A stretch of DNA of 64,000 bases from an uncultured Phycisphaerales bacterium (GTDB lineage: Bacteria > Planctomycetota > Phycisphaerae > Sedimentisphaerales > Anaerobacaceae), in contig CAVYYI010000003.1 of the NCBI GenBank assembly GCA_963772725.1, forward strand, positions 64,001 through 128,000, read 5' to 3'. Both the position numbers and the translations under genes were made by a program. Numbering within the stretch: the stretch's first letter is position 1; each line of letters begins with the position of its first letter. Below, one piece after another: positions 1 through 9,892 of the stretch. A model generated the notes under the pieces. The model was not told the DNA's origin. It searched no databases and saw only the letters and a list, made by a program, of their open reading frames with translations.

Positions 1-814
1 TTAAATGGTCGGTCTCCGTCGATGAAAATTCGTTAGGGTCATAATCCGGCAGCGATACCATCGCCAATACAGCACCGGTATAAGGGTCCATCACTATCGC
101 CACCGCCGACTCCGCCTGATATGCCTTGTATTGCTCCATCAGTTCATCACGGGTAAACGCCTGAATCGCTGAATCAATAGTCAGAATCAATCCAGTGCCG
201 TCCCTCAATTCGCGGGTCTGCTCTTTGAATTTAATCGGCCGGCGAGATATATCCGCAAAAAATACATCCTGACCGGACGAACCTCGCAGTTCCTTGTCAA
301 ACTGCAGTTCAACCCCGCCAAAGCCGTAATTATCCTTACTTATAAAACCCACAACATGTGACACAAGCCGCCCCATCGGATAGTTCCGGTACCAATCCGA
401 CTGAACCCCGATGCCCACAATTTTAGAAACTGCCTTGCATTCATCCTGACTGACCCCTGTCTTAATCTTCACAAAACGTGGGTTTTTGCTCTCAGAGATA
501 AGCCTGTAAATCTCACGTGCGTCCATATTGAGAATTTTACTGAGTTTAACAGAAACATCCTCTATATTTATTATCTCCTTTGGGTCGGCAAAAATTGTCT
601 GAATCTTCGGACTGGCAGCAAGCACCCTCGCGCGGCAGTCGAGAATCACTCCCCGCTGCGGCATCTGAGGCACTAATATCCGCTGCGTCTTTTCGGACAG
701 GTCGATGTAATGCTCGCTCCTGAAGTATTGTAAATACAAACACCGCCCCGCCAGCGACACAAACGCCGCTATCAAAAAAAACAAAAAGAAAATTACTATT
801 CGAACGTTCTTCAA
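1..814 (-). CDS. ftsI: Class B penicillin-binding protein (FtsI/PBP2-like), 5' part; runs off the window edge
   Basis: Manual translation from TTG at 814: MKNVRIVIFFLFFLIAAFVSLAGRCLYLQ...PQRGVILDCRARVLA...YRNYPMGRLVSHVVGF...GGVELQFD...LILTIDSAIQ...AIVMDPYTGAVLAMVSLPDYDPN. These are PBP dimerisation and transpeptidase-start motifs, at the usual dcw position. Confidence 0.85.
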   Translation of the reverse strand, partial: MKNVRIVIFFLFFLIAAFVSLAGRCLYLQYFRSEHYIDLSEKTQRILVPQMPQRGVILDCRARVLAASPKIQTIFADPKEIINIEDVSVKLSKILNMDAREIYRLISESKNPRFVKIKTGVSQDECKAVSKIVGIGVQSDWYRNYPMGRLVSHVVGFISKDNYGFGGVELQFDKELRGSSGQDVFFADISRRPIKFKEQTRELRDGTGLILTIDSAIQAFTRDELMEQYKAYQAESAVAIVMDPYTGAVLAMVSLPDYDPNEFSSTETDHL

Positions 815-943
815 TTCACTCAATCTGACCGATTTATTGCAAAAACCAATTTTAGCTATTATGTAAAAGCCGATTATGTAAAACAACATCCCGGTGAAGT
901 CGGGATTCCGCAATTTTACATTTTGAGTTTTAAATTTCCAAAA

Positions 944-1165
944 CTATTCTTTTAGACGTTTTGAAACAGCGGCGGGATTTATCAGGCTTTCCATTTCCAA
1001 TTGTTTGCGCCAGATTTGCTGCTTTAAACGGCTTTGCTCCGCCGTAATGATATAAAGTTTATATAGCGAGCGATTCTGTGAATTGCGGACATAAACCGTA
1101 AAAATAGAGACAGCGGTCAAACAAAAAATTACGAAACAAAGTCGCAGCCTCATATATAAATCCAA
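944..1165 (-). CDS. FtsL-like small membrane/coiled-coil cell division protein
   Basis: 73 aa with one TM helix followed by a heptad pattern; lies between rsmH and ftsI. Confidence 0.55.
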   Translation of the reverse strand: MDLYMRLRLCFVIFCLTAVSIFTVYVRNSQNRSLYKLYIITAEQSRLKQQIWRKQLEMESLINPAAVSKRLKE

Positions 1166-1172
1166 AATAAAA

Positions 1173-2075
1173 TCAGCGGGAGGGGATTTTCAGTTTTGTC
1201 CCTGCTGTAAGATTGTCCTGGTCTTTTATCGTACCGGCGTTTAATTTCGCTATCTCGGCGTATCTGTTACCGTTACCAAGCTTATCGGCCGCTATACGCC
1301 ACAAGTTGTCGCCTTCACGAACAACATACAGACTGCCGCTACTCTCTGTTGTTGTTTTATTCGATGGCTGGGCGACTGAATGCATCTGGCCAATGGATTC
1401 AACGGTTCGAAACAAATCCTCCGATAGAAAACCGGCTTGAGAACTGGCAGTCTGGCCGCTGGTTTGTATAGAGGGTATGATAAGTTTCTGGCCGACACGA
1501 ATTTCATCCATTGATCTTAGCGTCTTACGATTTGCCTCGAACAGCTTGCTAAGCGTCGCTTTTTTATTTCCAGCGGTACTGCCGTAGAACTTCTTGGCTA
1601 TCGTTACCAGGCTATCCCCGCTGGCTACGGTATATGTTTTGAACTCACTGGCCTGGCTTGGCGTGGTGTCGATAACCTCCGGTTTGCCTGAATCCGCCAG
1701 CGGCGGCGCTACGACTTCCTGTGCCGCTGTTTGAATCTCCCTTGTTTGCACCGCACCTGGAACATTAGACGTATTCTCGACAACAGCAGACTCAGTCGCC
1801 TGGCTGCCCGGCAGATTACCCTGCTGGCCTTCTCCAGTTTGTACCGGTACATTAAGAGACGGTGGTGGAATCATCGCTCTTTCGCGATTAATGATTGCGC
1901 TGTTACCTATATCTCCGGTTATTCCCGGCGGATTATTTTGAGAACTGACCATCGCCTGGGTTAATTCGTTATTACTCTTATGCTTATTAAATGAAGGAAG
2001 ACCGTTAATCACAAATGCGATAATAAATATAAATACCAAACCCAGCAGCAATCCAATTTTTGCGTCAGAAGTCAT
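1173..2075 (-). CDS. Membrane-anchored protein with two LysM peptidoglycan-binding domains
   Basis: N-terminal TM helix; YTVASGDSLVTIAKKFYG...VGQKLIIP and YVVREGDNLWRIAADKLG...AGTKLKIP. Confidence 0.9.
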   Translation of the reverse strand: MTSDAKIGLLLGLVFIFIIAFVINGLPSFNKHKSNNELTQAMVSSQNNPPGITGDIGNSAIINRERAMIPPPSLNVPVQTGEGQQGNLPGSQATESAVVENTSNVPGAVQTREIQTAAQEVVAPPLADSGKPEVIDTTPSQASEFKTYTVASGDSLVTIAKKFYGSTAGNKKATLSKLFEANRKTLRSMDEIRVGQKLIIPSIQTSGQTASSQAGFLSEDLFRTVESIGQMHSVAQPSNKTTTESSGSLYVVREGDNLWRIAADKLGNGNRYAEIAKLNAGTIKDQDNLTAGTKLKIPSR

Positions 2076-2147
2076 TTTTGAAACTCCATTTCCATTTTTT
2101 TTAACTCTTATTTTGTCAATCCGTCGGAAAACCTTTTCCCGCCAGCA

Positions 2148-3023
2148 TTATTGTCTTTGTGCGATTCTCAGCTTCGCGCTCCTGGCCCGCGGATTATCAG
2201 CGGTCTCCTGCTCACTTGCCTCAACCGGTTTTTTCGTGATAATCCTGTAAAACCCGTTCTTTTCGTTTTCCTTAAAATTCAGCTTAACCATCCGGTCTTC
2301 AAGGCTGTGAAAACTTATAACCGCCGCGAAACCGTCCTTTTTTAACAAATCAGGCATCTGCTCAAGCAAGCTTCTTAAATTCTCAAGCTCATCGTTGACC
2401 GCTATTCTCAACGCCTGAAACGTTCTCGTCGCCGGATGTATCCTGTTCCTGTGACCCTGGCCTGACTGTCCAAGCGCCCTGCTAACTATCGCGGCCAACT
2501 GACCAGTTGTCGTTATCTTCTCTTTGCGCCTATGCTCCGCTATAAACCTCGCTATCCTTCGCGAGGCCCTGTCCTCACCATATTTATATATCAAATCAGC
2601 TAAGTTTCTTTCGTCCGTCTTATTAACTATATCGGCCGCAGTAATCTTCGTTCTTTTGTCTATTCTCATATCCAGCGGCATATTTGTTTGAAAGCTAAGC
2701 CCAAATTCGCTGTCCGCCAATTGTGCCGAGCTGACCCCTAAATCCGCCAATATGAAATCGGCCTTTTCCACTCCCTGGCCGCGAATCGCCTGGCCTATCT
2801 GAGAAAAATTCGCCTGAACCAAAATTACCTTACATAAAAGACCCTTCAATTTCTCGCGGGCATAAGTCAATGCCTTCTCATCGACATCCAGCCCAATCAA
2901 AATTCCGCCATGACCCAAACTATGGCCGAACAGTAAACTGTGACCTCCTTGTCCCACAGTCGCATCGACCATTACCGCATCCTGCGGCAAGTTTATCTGT
3001 TCGGCCAGCATCCTTGCCAACAC
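2148..3023 (-). CDS. rsmH: 16S rRNA m4C1402 methyltransferase RsmH (MraW)
   Basis: VDATVGQGGHS, DLGVSS, PLDMR, HPATRTFQALRIAVNDEL, ISFHSLEDR, NPRARSAKLR. EHIPV lies in frame just upstream, so the true start is uncertain. Confidence 0.97.
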   Translation of the reverse strand: MLARMLAEQINLPQDAVMVDATVGQGGHSLLFGHSLGHGGILIGLDVDEKALTYAREKLKGLLCKVILVQANFSQIGQAIRGQGVEKADFILADLGVSSAQLADSEFGLSFQTNMPLDMRIDKRTKITAADIVNKTDERNLADLIYKYGEDRASRRIARFIAEHRRKEKITTTGQLAAIVSRALGQSGQGHRNRIHPATRTFQALRIAVNDELENLRSLLEQMPDLLKKDGFAAVISFHSLEDRMVKLNFKENEKNGFYRIITKKPVEASEQETADNPRARSAKLRIAQRQ

Positions 3024-3145
3024 AGGTATATGCTCTACCGAACTTTCCTTATCTAAACCAGCAATACCGTTCTCCTGAAATCAGCATTTGGCTTAAGCAG
3101 CAATCGCTCCTGACGTGCCAAAACCAACGCCGCCTTTCTTAACAA

Positions 3146-3352
3146 TTAGACTGTTACAAAATTCCTCTGCTTTGCGAGCTTTTTCACTGCGGGCGAAAAG
3201 GCTATCTCACCGAAATCCACGCCTAATTTTTTCACACGCTCAAGCCGTTCTCCCAAAATGGCCAGTGAAATAAAGGTTTGTTCGTCAACCGCTTTTTCTC
3301 CGCTGATACTCTCTCGCAACGTTTTATAAAGATTAAAGTCCATTTCACTCAT
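3146..3352 (-). CDS. Hypothetical protein (68 aa) between mraZ and rsmH
   Basis: ORF in operon orientation with a GGAGG-type RBS upstream; no recognised motif. Confidence 0.55.
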   Translation of the reverse strand: MSEMDFNLYKTLRESISGEKAVDEQTFISLAILGERLERVKKLGVDFGEIAFSPAVKKLAKQRNFVTV

Positions 3353-3409
3353 CTTTAGCCTCCATTCTTAACTTTTAATTATTTGTTAAAGTTCGCTCTT
3401 TATAACTTT

Positions 3410-3883
3410 TTAAAATCCTTCGCTTTGTTTTTGAAGCAGGGTCTGTCTTGCCTGCGTCATCTGCTTTTGATATTGCGCCATGTGGTCATTCAAATACTGT
3501 TCCCAGTCCTGACTGTTCCACAGCTCTATATGGTCCCTTACGCCCACAAGCGTAACATCGTCCTTCAGGCCGGCCCTTTTCCGCAGCTTTTCATTCAGAA
3601 GCAGCCTGCCCTGATTGTCCAGCTCAATCTTACTCGCAAGCGCAAAACTCATTCGCTCAAACGTTACCGCCTCATCCGGTGCGGTACTGCCAGGCGCCAC
3701 CGCAAGTGCGATACGCTCAAAATACTTTTCAGGATACAAGCAAAGTATCCCGTTAGCGCCCAGGACGAGATAAAAATTGCTGCCATGCTCCTCAAAATCT
3801 ATCTGGTTGCGTAACTTATTAGATATGAGGACTCTGCTCTTGTTATCAATCACGTGTTGATATTCACCTGTTAATAAAAGCAT
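3410..3883 (-). CDS. mraZ: Division/cell wall cluster transcriptional repressor MraZ
   Basis: GEYQHVIDNKSRVLI and ELDNQGRLLL repeats, LVGVRDHIELW; ATG at 3883 preferred. Confidence 0.95.
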   Translation of the reverse strand: MLLLTGEYQHVIDNKSRVLISNKLRNQIDFEEHGSNFYLVLGANGILCLYPEKYFERIALAVAPGSTAPDEAVTFERMSFALASKIELDNQGRLLLNEKLRKRAGLKDDVTLVGVRDHIELWNSQDWEQYLNDHMAQYQKQMTQARQTLLQKQSEGF

Positions 3884-3890
3884 GGCTTTT

Positions 3891-3946
3891 GTCCCACTTA
3901 ATTTAAACTTTATGGGAAATATTACCACTTGTCCCCACTAAGTCAA
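3891..3946 (-). promoter_or_regulatory. mraZ/dcw promoter with MraZ-type AGTGG direct repeats
   Basis: Minus strand TTGACT-16 nt-TAATAT. TAGTGGGGAC and AAGTGGTAAT sit 10 nt apart across the spacer, with a third AAGTGGGAC before the ATG. Confidence 0.7.
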
Positions 3947-4029
3947 CAAAAATTAAACAAAAAAATAAAAATTTTTAAAAATATTTAAAATATTCTTATC
4001 GGACGATAAGTATATGCCTGCTAACCTGT

Positions 4030-4094
4030 TGTTGACTTCACTCCAAAGTGGCCACGATTTAACTCAATATGGCCAAAAGACTTAGGATAGACCA
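4030..4094 (+). repeat. Left end of element: three adjacent putative transposase-binding sites
   Basis: CACTCCAAAGTGGCCA, AACTCAATATGGCCA and GACTTAGGATAGACCA at about 20-nt spacing. Confidence 0.7.
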
Positions 4095-4096
4095 AT

Positions 4097-4126
4097 ACCG
4101 CTTGGGATTTGCCATCCCTAAGCGGT
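4097..4126. terminator. Strong hairpin just inside the left end
   Basis: ACCGCTTGGGAT-TTGCC-ATCCCTAAGCGGT, downstream of the minus-strand phage operon. Confidence 0.55.
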
Positions 4127-4202
4127 CAAAATATATTCAAAAAAAACTTGAAAATCCTAAAAAAAATTGTTTTTTTATTTTTATTTTAAAATTAACAGGC
4201 TT

Positions 4203-4571
4203 TTAAAACCCATTCGAATCCCATTTACTTAATGGACATCTTTCCTTTTCTACCCTGGACTTAGCAGGAACGTAGCACTTACACACCCTACAGAACAGAT
4301 TCCGCCTGTTATTGTCCTGGTCAAACTTAGGCAGCATTGGCAGCTTCTCAAGTTCAGTAAAGTTAGCCACAATATTAATAATACCCTGGGCCTTAAGCCA
4401 AGCCTCATATTCCAGCTTCATCATCCAAGTCTGCATCTCGCAGGCATGGCAGGCACGGATGCGGTCGTCGGTGAATTCATACTTAATCCCTGCAGCCAGG
4501 CTACCATAGCCGACTGCTATGTTTGCACCCTTTTCAATTACCGCACCAAGTTTTTCTCCACAACAACCCAT
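4203..4571 (-). CDS. Small Cys-rich phage protein (DUF6171-like)
   Basis: RIRACHAC...CRVCKCYVPAKSRVEKERCPLSKW pattern; last gene of the left arm. Confidence 0.65.
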   Translation of the reverse strand: MGCCGEKLGAVIEKGANIAVGYGSLAAGIKYEFTDDRIRACHACEMQTWMMKLEYEAWLKAQGIINIVANFTELEKLPMLPKFDQDNNRRNLFCRVCKCYVPAKSRVEKERCPLSKWDSNGF

Positions 4572-4574
4572 TTC

Positions 4575-5096
4575 TTATATATTTGTCACAACCATGGTTC
4601 CATTTTTACCAATATTAAACTCGCCGCAACCCGTGATCTGATTAGTAAAGCTGTCGGCAACGCAATGCAGAGATGTATATGTCTTCGTTCTCCTAAATAA
4701 GGTCAGACCTTCCCATGTTGACTCTAACCATGTTGAATAAAACGTACCAACAATGATACCGGCCATGGTATAACATTCATAATCAGTGACTTCCTTGGCC
4801 CTTGCGAGTATGCTAACTTTTTGATTGCCTTGATATGCGTTGTTAAAACTTTTGTACCAAAGGCAGGCAGTCATTTGATTTAAAATATGCGTGCCATTGA
4901 TATTGATAGAAAAGTCACTTGGTACGCATAATTCGACGTTAGCGATCACAGCTTGAATCTGTACGGGAGCTTTATCACCATAATAAATTTGGCAAGCGTT
5001 GCAATCATTGTATATACAAGTAACAGCTTTTCCTGAGCCGGCATGATATCCAGCCTTAAGTGTACTAACATTGGATAGCTGCTTCAACACACCCAT
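4575..5096 (-). CDS. Hypothetical Cys-rich phage protein, possibly tail tip or receptor binding
   Basis: 173 aa, translationally coupled to its neighbours, beta-rich. Confidence 0.5.
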   Translation of the reverse strand: MGVLKQLSNVSTLKAGYHAGSGKAVTCIYNDCNACQIYYGDKAPVQIQAVIANVELCVPSDFSININGTHILNQMTACLWYKSFNNAYQGNQKVSILARAKEVTDYECYTMAGIIVGTFYSTWLESTWEGLTLFRRTKTYTSLHCVADSFTNQITGCGEFNIGKNGTMVVTNI

Positions 5097-5914
5097 TAAC
5101 TACCCACCTGCCAGTCTTCTGATGGCTGGAATATCGTACTGCAGTGCCAGCAACCATAGATACTTTCCGGCTGATAATAGATGCCAACCTCACTGCCGCT
5201 CGCTATTCGCGGCAATTCTGAATTTAAAGTATGACCCCATAAGCTAACAGATAAATTGTAACCGAGGCCAGAGCCTATCAAGTTGCCATCAACGGGCGAG
5301 TATAAACTTGCGTGGAAATGGTTATCTACTCCAGGCGTAGAAATAACTTGAGCCCTTCTAAGTGGCGGAGAAAGTGACCTGCCTATTAAGCGAATATTAC
5401 CCTCGTCGTCAGTCATCTTGCTCGTGGAAAGTTTATCACCAACAACCAGCATCCTTTGATAAGTGCCATAAAATATTTTACTCTCAATGATATTAAGCAC
5501 TGTATCAGATTCAATAAACAGCCAGTAAGCAACATTACTATGAGGTGTGTGATTGATATTGCCGCTGGCCAAACTCTTAAATACACCATAGCCAGACTCC
5601 CAAACATAGTCATCTTTATTGTAAGATGTTCCCGCTGCATAAGCGGGGTACTTGTCAATAAATGCCGCGCTCATCCGTACTAATCCAGTAAATGCGGTAG
5701 CATCCAATATTTGCTCCCGACAAAGATATAGTCCATCACCGGCACCTACATCAACAACGGCAAATATCCTGTCACCATCCGGAATAACCGGAAATCTTAT
5801 TGAGTTTGTTTTTTGGATCATATCCGGCGATTGTAATATCTCCCGTCTCGATGCCGTGTCAATTCGATTAGCGACCTGATTTAGATTCCTTTGCTGCATC
5901 AGATCTCCTCCCAA
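5096..5914 (-). CDS. Phage virion-like protein with a CBM5/12-like insert
   Basis: YPAYAAGTSYNKDDYVWESGYGVFKSLASGNINHTPHSNVAYW segment; coupled gene in the phage arm. Confidence 0.55.
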   Translation of the reverse strand: MGGDLMQQRNLNQVANRIDTASRREILQSPDMIQKTNSIRFPVIPDGDRIFAVVDVGAGDGLYLCREQILDATAFTGLVRMSAAFIDKYPAYAAGTSYNKDDYVWESGYGVFKSLASGNINHTPHSNVAYWLFIESDTVLNIIESKIFYGTYQRMLVVGDKLSTSKMTDDEGNIRLIGRSLSPPLRRAQVISTPGVDNHFHASLYSPVDGNLIGSGLGYNLSVSLWGHTLNSELPRIASGSEVGIYYQPESIYGCWHCSTIFQPSEDWQVGS

Positions 5915-6594
5915 GTAAGCCGCACGCCGGAAACAGGCTCTGGTCCCTGCGAATCGGCACGTGCGGCTACGAATTTCGTGTTCTGTGATTCCCCCGCATT
6001 TGTGGCGTAACTGCGGACGCAGAACTTATACAGTTGGCCGTCAACAAGTGCAGTGGATGTCCAGGTGAATTCACCAGCTCCCCCGCCGGCACCAACCGTA
6101 TCGAGCGGATCGGTAAAATCAAAACCGCTGCCGTCGTCCATATATATGTTAAATCCTGATGGAGCGACAGCCTGGTCTAAAGGTGAATATCGCCATTTCA
6201 ATTTCAGCTTTCCGCCGGCGACCTTTTCAATCAATAAATCCAGCGGCGGATTAGGTGCGTTATCGAGCATATCTCCATTGGCATCTATTTGGATTATACA
6301 TACAGGCGAATCATCTGATTCCAGGCCGCATCCGCTGACCTGGCGGCGTAAATAATGCCAGATTGTATTAGCCGGCAGATTCTGACCGGGTATACTGACC
6401 TGTTCATCCTCAAGGCTCATCACCGCCTGTACATTATCATAATCAATCTCGCCATCCTGGCCGCGATAAATATTATGGCAGCCGTCGGGCCGCATCCAGA
6501 ACCAGCCCAGGCTAAGGACGGTACCAAGCTTAATGGCGTTGGCAGTCATTCCCGCGAACAAACTTTCTTTCAAAAACTTTGTTTCCATAATCAA
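5899..6594 (-). CDS. Fibronectin type III-like phage structural protein
   Basis: APNPPLDL...LKLKW...APSGFNIY...LVDGQLYKFCVRSY...GES FN3 pattern. Confidence 0.65.
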   Translation of the reverse strand: MIMETKFLKESLFAGMTANAIKLGTVLSLGWFWMRPDGCHNIYRGQDGEIDYDNVQAVMSLEDEQVSIPGQNLPANTIWHYLRRQVSGCGLESDDSPVCIIQIDANGDMLDNAPNPPLDLLIEKVAGGKLKLKWRYSPLDQAVAPSGFNIYMDDGSGFDFTDPLDTVGAGGGAGEFTWTSTALVDGQLYKFCVRSYATNAGESQNTKFVAARADSQGPEPVSGVRLTWEEI

Positions 6595-6596
6595 AA

Positions 6597-7088
6597 TTAA
6601 GCCGGCACTGAAGGCGTCTTTGTGATTTCCGCGTCAGTTTCGGTCGGAGTTTGAACTAAAATTGGCGTTACTCCATCATCATCGTAATATGTAACCGCCC
6701 CGGTCAACTTGTCCTGAACGGCCTTGTTCGCGAGAATTTTGCGAATCAAAGCTATGTCTTCATCACTTGGTAGTTCCAGTTCACAATCCAGATCACCATC
6801 AATAGAGCGTTCGAATCCCGCAATTGAACCATCCGTATCAGCAGGTTCGCCGGCGTAAATTAAAACATCGACATCATATTTGCCTGCAGGGAATGTTACC
6901 TCTGCAGCAAACATACCTGGCGTTATCGCTGGAGCAGCCGTCTGTTCAACAGTAGCGATTAGGCTATTAGCCCATGATGTATTTAACTTGAAAGTATGGT
7001 CGGTGTTATCGAGAACATATTTGTTGACTCTATTTACGATGCGTATTGTTCTTTCTGTTGCCGGATTACTGTAAAATGAAATTATCAT
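6597..7088 (-). CDS. Hypothetical phage structural protein
   Basis: 163 aa; the C-terminal KILANKAVQ...TYYDDDGVTP motif is typical of virion fibre proteins; AGGAG RBS. Confidence 0.5.
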   Translation of the reverse strand: MIISFYSNPATERTIRIVNRVNKYVLDNTDHTFKLNTSWANSLIATVEQTAAPAITPGMFAAEVTFPAGKYDVDVLIYAGEPADTDGSIAGFERSIDGDLDCELELPSDEDIALIRKILANKAVQDKLTGAVTYYDDDGVTPILVQTPTETDAEITKTPSVPA

Positions 7089-7096
7089 ATTGACTC

Positions 7097-8191
7097 CTAA
7101 TTATAAAATCTACCTCTCGGAAATCTGCCTGAGGGCAAGGTATATTCCACTTCGAGAATGGGTGCAAAACCTACACCGCTATCGTCACCGTAAAACACGG
7201 CATAAGCCCAGTCAGACGGCTCAGTAACAGATATATCCAGAGAACTGATAAGAGCTAATTTTGTTATATCTGCTGGCTTAATCCAGTTAAGACTATTGAC
7301 ATTTAGTGGAATTTCAGTATACTCATCAATGCTGAAACCAATCGACTCAACTGAACCACCATTGCCGCCATAATTAGTAAGAGGAAAATCCGTAATCCTA
7401 TTCACGGGATTATGTGGAAATGTTGGTTGACCATTCATAAGAACAACGTCGTAACCAGAAAAATATTCATAATAATCTGCTACGCATAGCTTAACTTTTG
7501 CTGATGTTATGATTGCATTTGCAGGGATTGTAGATGTATCAAAAAGCAAAAAACCACGATGAACCCAAAAAGACGGTGCATCATAAGACACGCCAGCCAT
7601 GATATCGCTATCCGCGCCACCGTAAAACGAACCCACACCAGCACGGGCATTAGCATAAGACGCAGCTTCACACATTGAATACCCAGAAGCTCCGCCTGTC
7701 AAGCCGCCAAAAGAATCATCGACCTTTATGGGATATTTTGCTGCGTCAAGGCACTCTGCTGTAAGTATCTTCGTGCCACCATCCCAAGTGAAATCTTTAA
7801 GAGGCAACCCCATTCTATCCACAGCCCAATAGGCGTTCCCTTTCAGGTCGCCGGTATTGTTGCCTTTTATGCGCACTTCACCTTTAGGATTTTCCTTGAA
7901 GACGTACAACTCTTTGAGGCCATTAACGCTAAGCAAAAGCTTGCGTTTGCAAATACCATAATCCATTTCAAGCCAGGTGTTCGACTTTCTCACCCAGCTT
8001 GAAACGGCAGCCACTTCGATACCATCAAGAGATATCTGGGGTTGCCAGCGCGTACTCTTGCCGTTTTGCACAACAGTAATCATGGTATCAATTACGGAAA
8101 CCGAATAACTACTACCAGCGGACTTAAAACGCATATCATCGGATATCCAATCTACTGCTTTGTATGCCTGAAAATTTATTTTCATAGACAA
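7097..8191 (-). CDS. DNRLRE-type (carbohydrate-binding-like) domain protein
   Basis: HRGFLLFDTSTIPANAIITSAKVKL and terminal APILEVEY motifs. Confidence 0.65.
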   Translation of the reverse strand: MSMKINFQAYKAVDWISDDMRFKSAGSSYSVSVIDTMITVVQNGKSTRWQPQISLDGIEVAAVSSWVRKSNTWLEMDYGICKRKLLLSVNGLKELYVFKENPKGEVRIKGNNTGDLKGNAYWAVDRMGLPLKDFTWDGGTKILTAECLDAAKYPIKVDDSFGGLTGGASGYSMCEAASYANARAGVGSFYGGADSDIMAGVSYDAPSFWVHRGFLLFDTSTIPANAIITSAKVKLCVADYYEYFSGYDVVLMNGQPTFPHNPVNRITDFPLTNYGGNGGSVESIGFSIDEYTEIPLNVNSLNWIKPADITKLALISSLDISVTEPSDWAYAVFYGDDSGVGFAPILEVEYTLPSGRFPRGRFYN

Positions 8192-8361
8192 TCCTTAAAC
8201 CTTAGACCGTTTAATCCATTCTTTCATGGCTCCCAGGCTGAGAGTTTTATCCTCAAGAAAACATTGAAAATAACCTTGAAAATAAAAATACGAAATCTCA
8301 TCATAACAACCTGCCGCAAAAGGCTGAGCGAAAACCGTCAGACCGAAATCATCATTTAATA

Positions 8362-9892
8362 GACTCTGTAGCATCTTTACCGGCAACATACCATTCCAGT
8401 CCTCTCATTATGAAGCATTGTTATAGTTTGTAAACGGCCTTGGGACTGCTCGTCACGCTGCATATCAATGGCCACACGCTGGCTAATATGGTCTTGAGTT
8501 CGCACTCTATAGACACTCTTTTGCATCTTTCGATGACGACGATAACCTCGTTCAACCGCGTTGGATGTCGATGGCAGTTGTGAATCATCGAGAAAGGTCA
8601 ACGCCTTTTCAATATTCGGCGTAAATAGTTTCTTAAGAGTTTGACCCAACGTTTTGAATCGTCGAACATGGCGGCGCAAGACAGCCAACTTTTCCAAGGC
8701 TGTTTCCGTGCGGCAACGGCGATCAAAGAGTCTGTAGACCTGATCCATGATCGAACGTAAATTTTTCAGATTGTGGCATTTTCGCGTTATACGTGAGAAT
8801 ATCTTCTTGTCTGCCTTACTGAGCGAATGCTGCACAAACAAGTGTCGATGCTCAAACAAATCGGCAATCTCATCGGCTCTGTTTTTTCTTTCGACGATGC
8901 CGCTTTTCTCGCGGTTGAGGACGATGGACGGCCGCGTTGTAGCTGTGGGCAGCTTCTTTTTGAGTTCTCGTCGCACCCGCGTAACAGCTTTGAGTATTTC
9001 TCTATTGATCTCCTTGAGAACATGAAATTCACATACCTGGTGGGCAACGCCGGGGAATATCAGAGCCAATGGCTCCGGGTATAACGGCGAGCCATCGGTC
9101 GTAACACCAAGCAGGGTCAGACCTCTTTGATCCAGTTCCGTACGGAACCGACGAAAGAAGTTTATCATATCTTCATGGGTGGGATTATGGTCAAGAACAT
9201 CGTAAATGAGCCGTTTGAACGTGCGGTTATCCACGATGGACAATACACAGAACGGCCCATCATATAATTCATCCGCCGCGATATAACCGGAGAAATCAGC
9301 CAGAACACCATCAAGGTATTCAGCAGTAATTCGTTGCTCAGCTTTTTCCCCCCGTCGCTTCAACCCAGTTTTGAATGGTAGCCCAGGGGACGAAAACCCG
9401 ATGGTCTCGCCATAAGTGCCAGGATGCCGGCCGATATGGCAGGCCGTCTTCCACAACCAATCGCACTGCCAGGTGAACAACCCGGCGGGTATAGTGGCAA
9501 CCGGGATCGGCAAGGTCGCACAGGTCGGCATTGAAGTACTTCTTGCATTTTGAGCAGCAGTGCTGTGAATAACTGACCCAAAGGTCGATCGGACGGTTGC
9601 CAGCCAAGTCTCCGAGGTCATGCAGTTTTCGTCTGAATACTTTGTCGCGATAGGATGGGTGGCCGCAATAGGGGCACGGACGCTTTTTGTATGTGCGTGA
9701 AAGTCGTTTGATTTTAGCTTTGGGTAAATCTTTAACACACGTAATACCTTCCGTTACATCCGATACATATTCACCTGGCCCAGCCATAATCGTGTCTCCT
9801 GAAAAATTCAGTTTATTTCTGTTCTTCCAGGAGTTTTATCGGCTAAGACACCAAGATTTCCTTAAAAATACCGGTATTTATGCTACAGTCAC
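8362..9892 (-). mobile_element. Insertion sequence, 1531 bp, DDE transposase with CxxH motif (IS256/Mutator-like superfamily; family not assigned)
   Basis: Direct repeat ATTTAATA at 8354-8361 and 9893-9900. Imperfect inverted repeats GACTCTGTAGCATCTTTACCGG and GTGACTGTAGCATAAATACCGG. Confidence 0.92.
8377..9787 (-). CDS. Transposase made of orfA (zinc finger/HTH, 9338-9787) and a -1-frame orfB (DDE)
   Basis: CPYCG...CSKC in orfA; AADELYD, VTTDGS, HQVCEFH and TSNAVER in orfB; GGGGGGAAAAAG run at the overlap. Confidence 0.85.

Noticed and set aside
9338..9738. N-terminal part of the 453-aa transposase ORF
   Set aside because: It overlaps orfA in another frame and looks non-coding; the zinc-finger frame (9338-9787) is the plausible N-terminus
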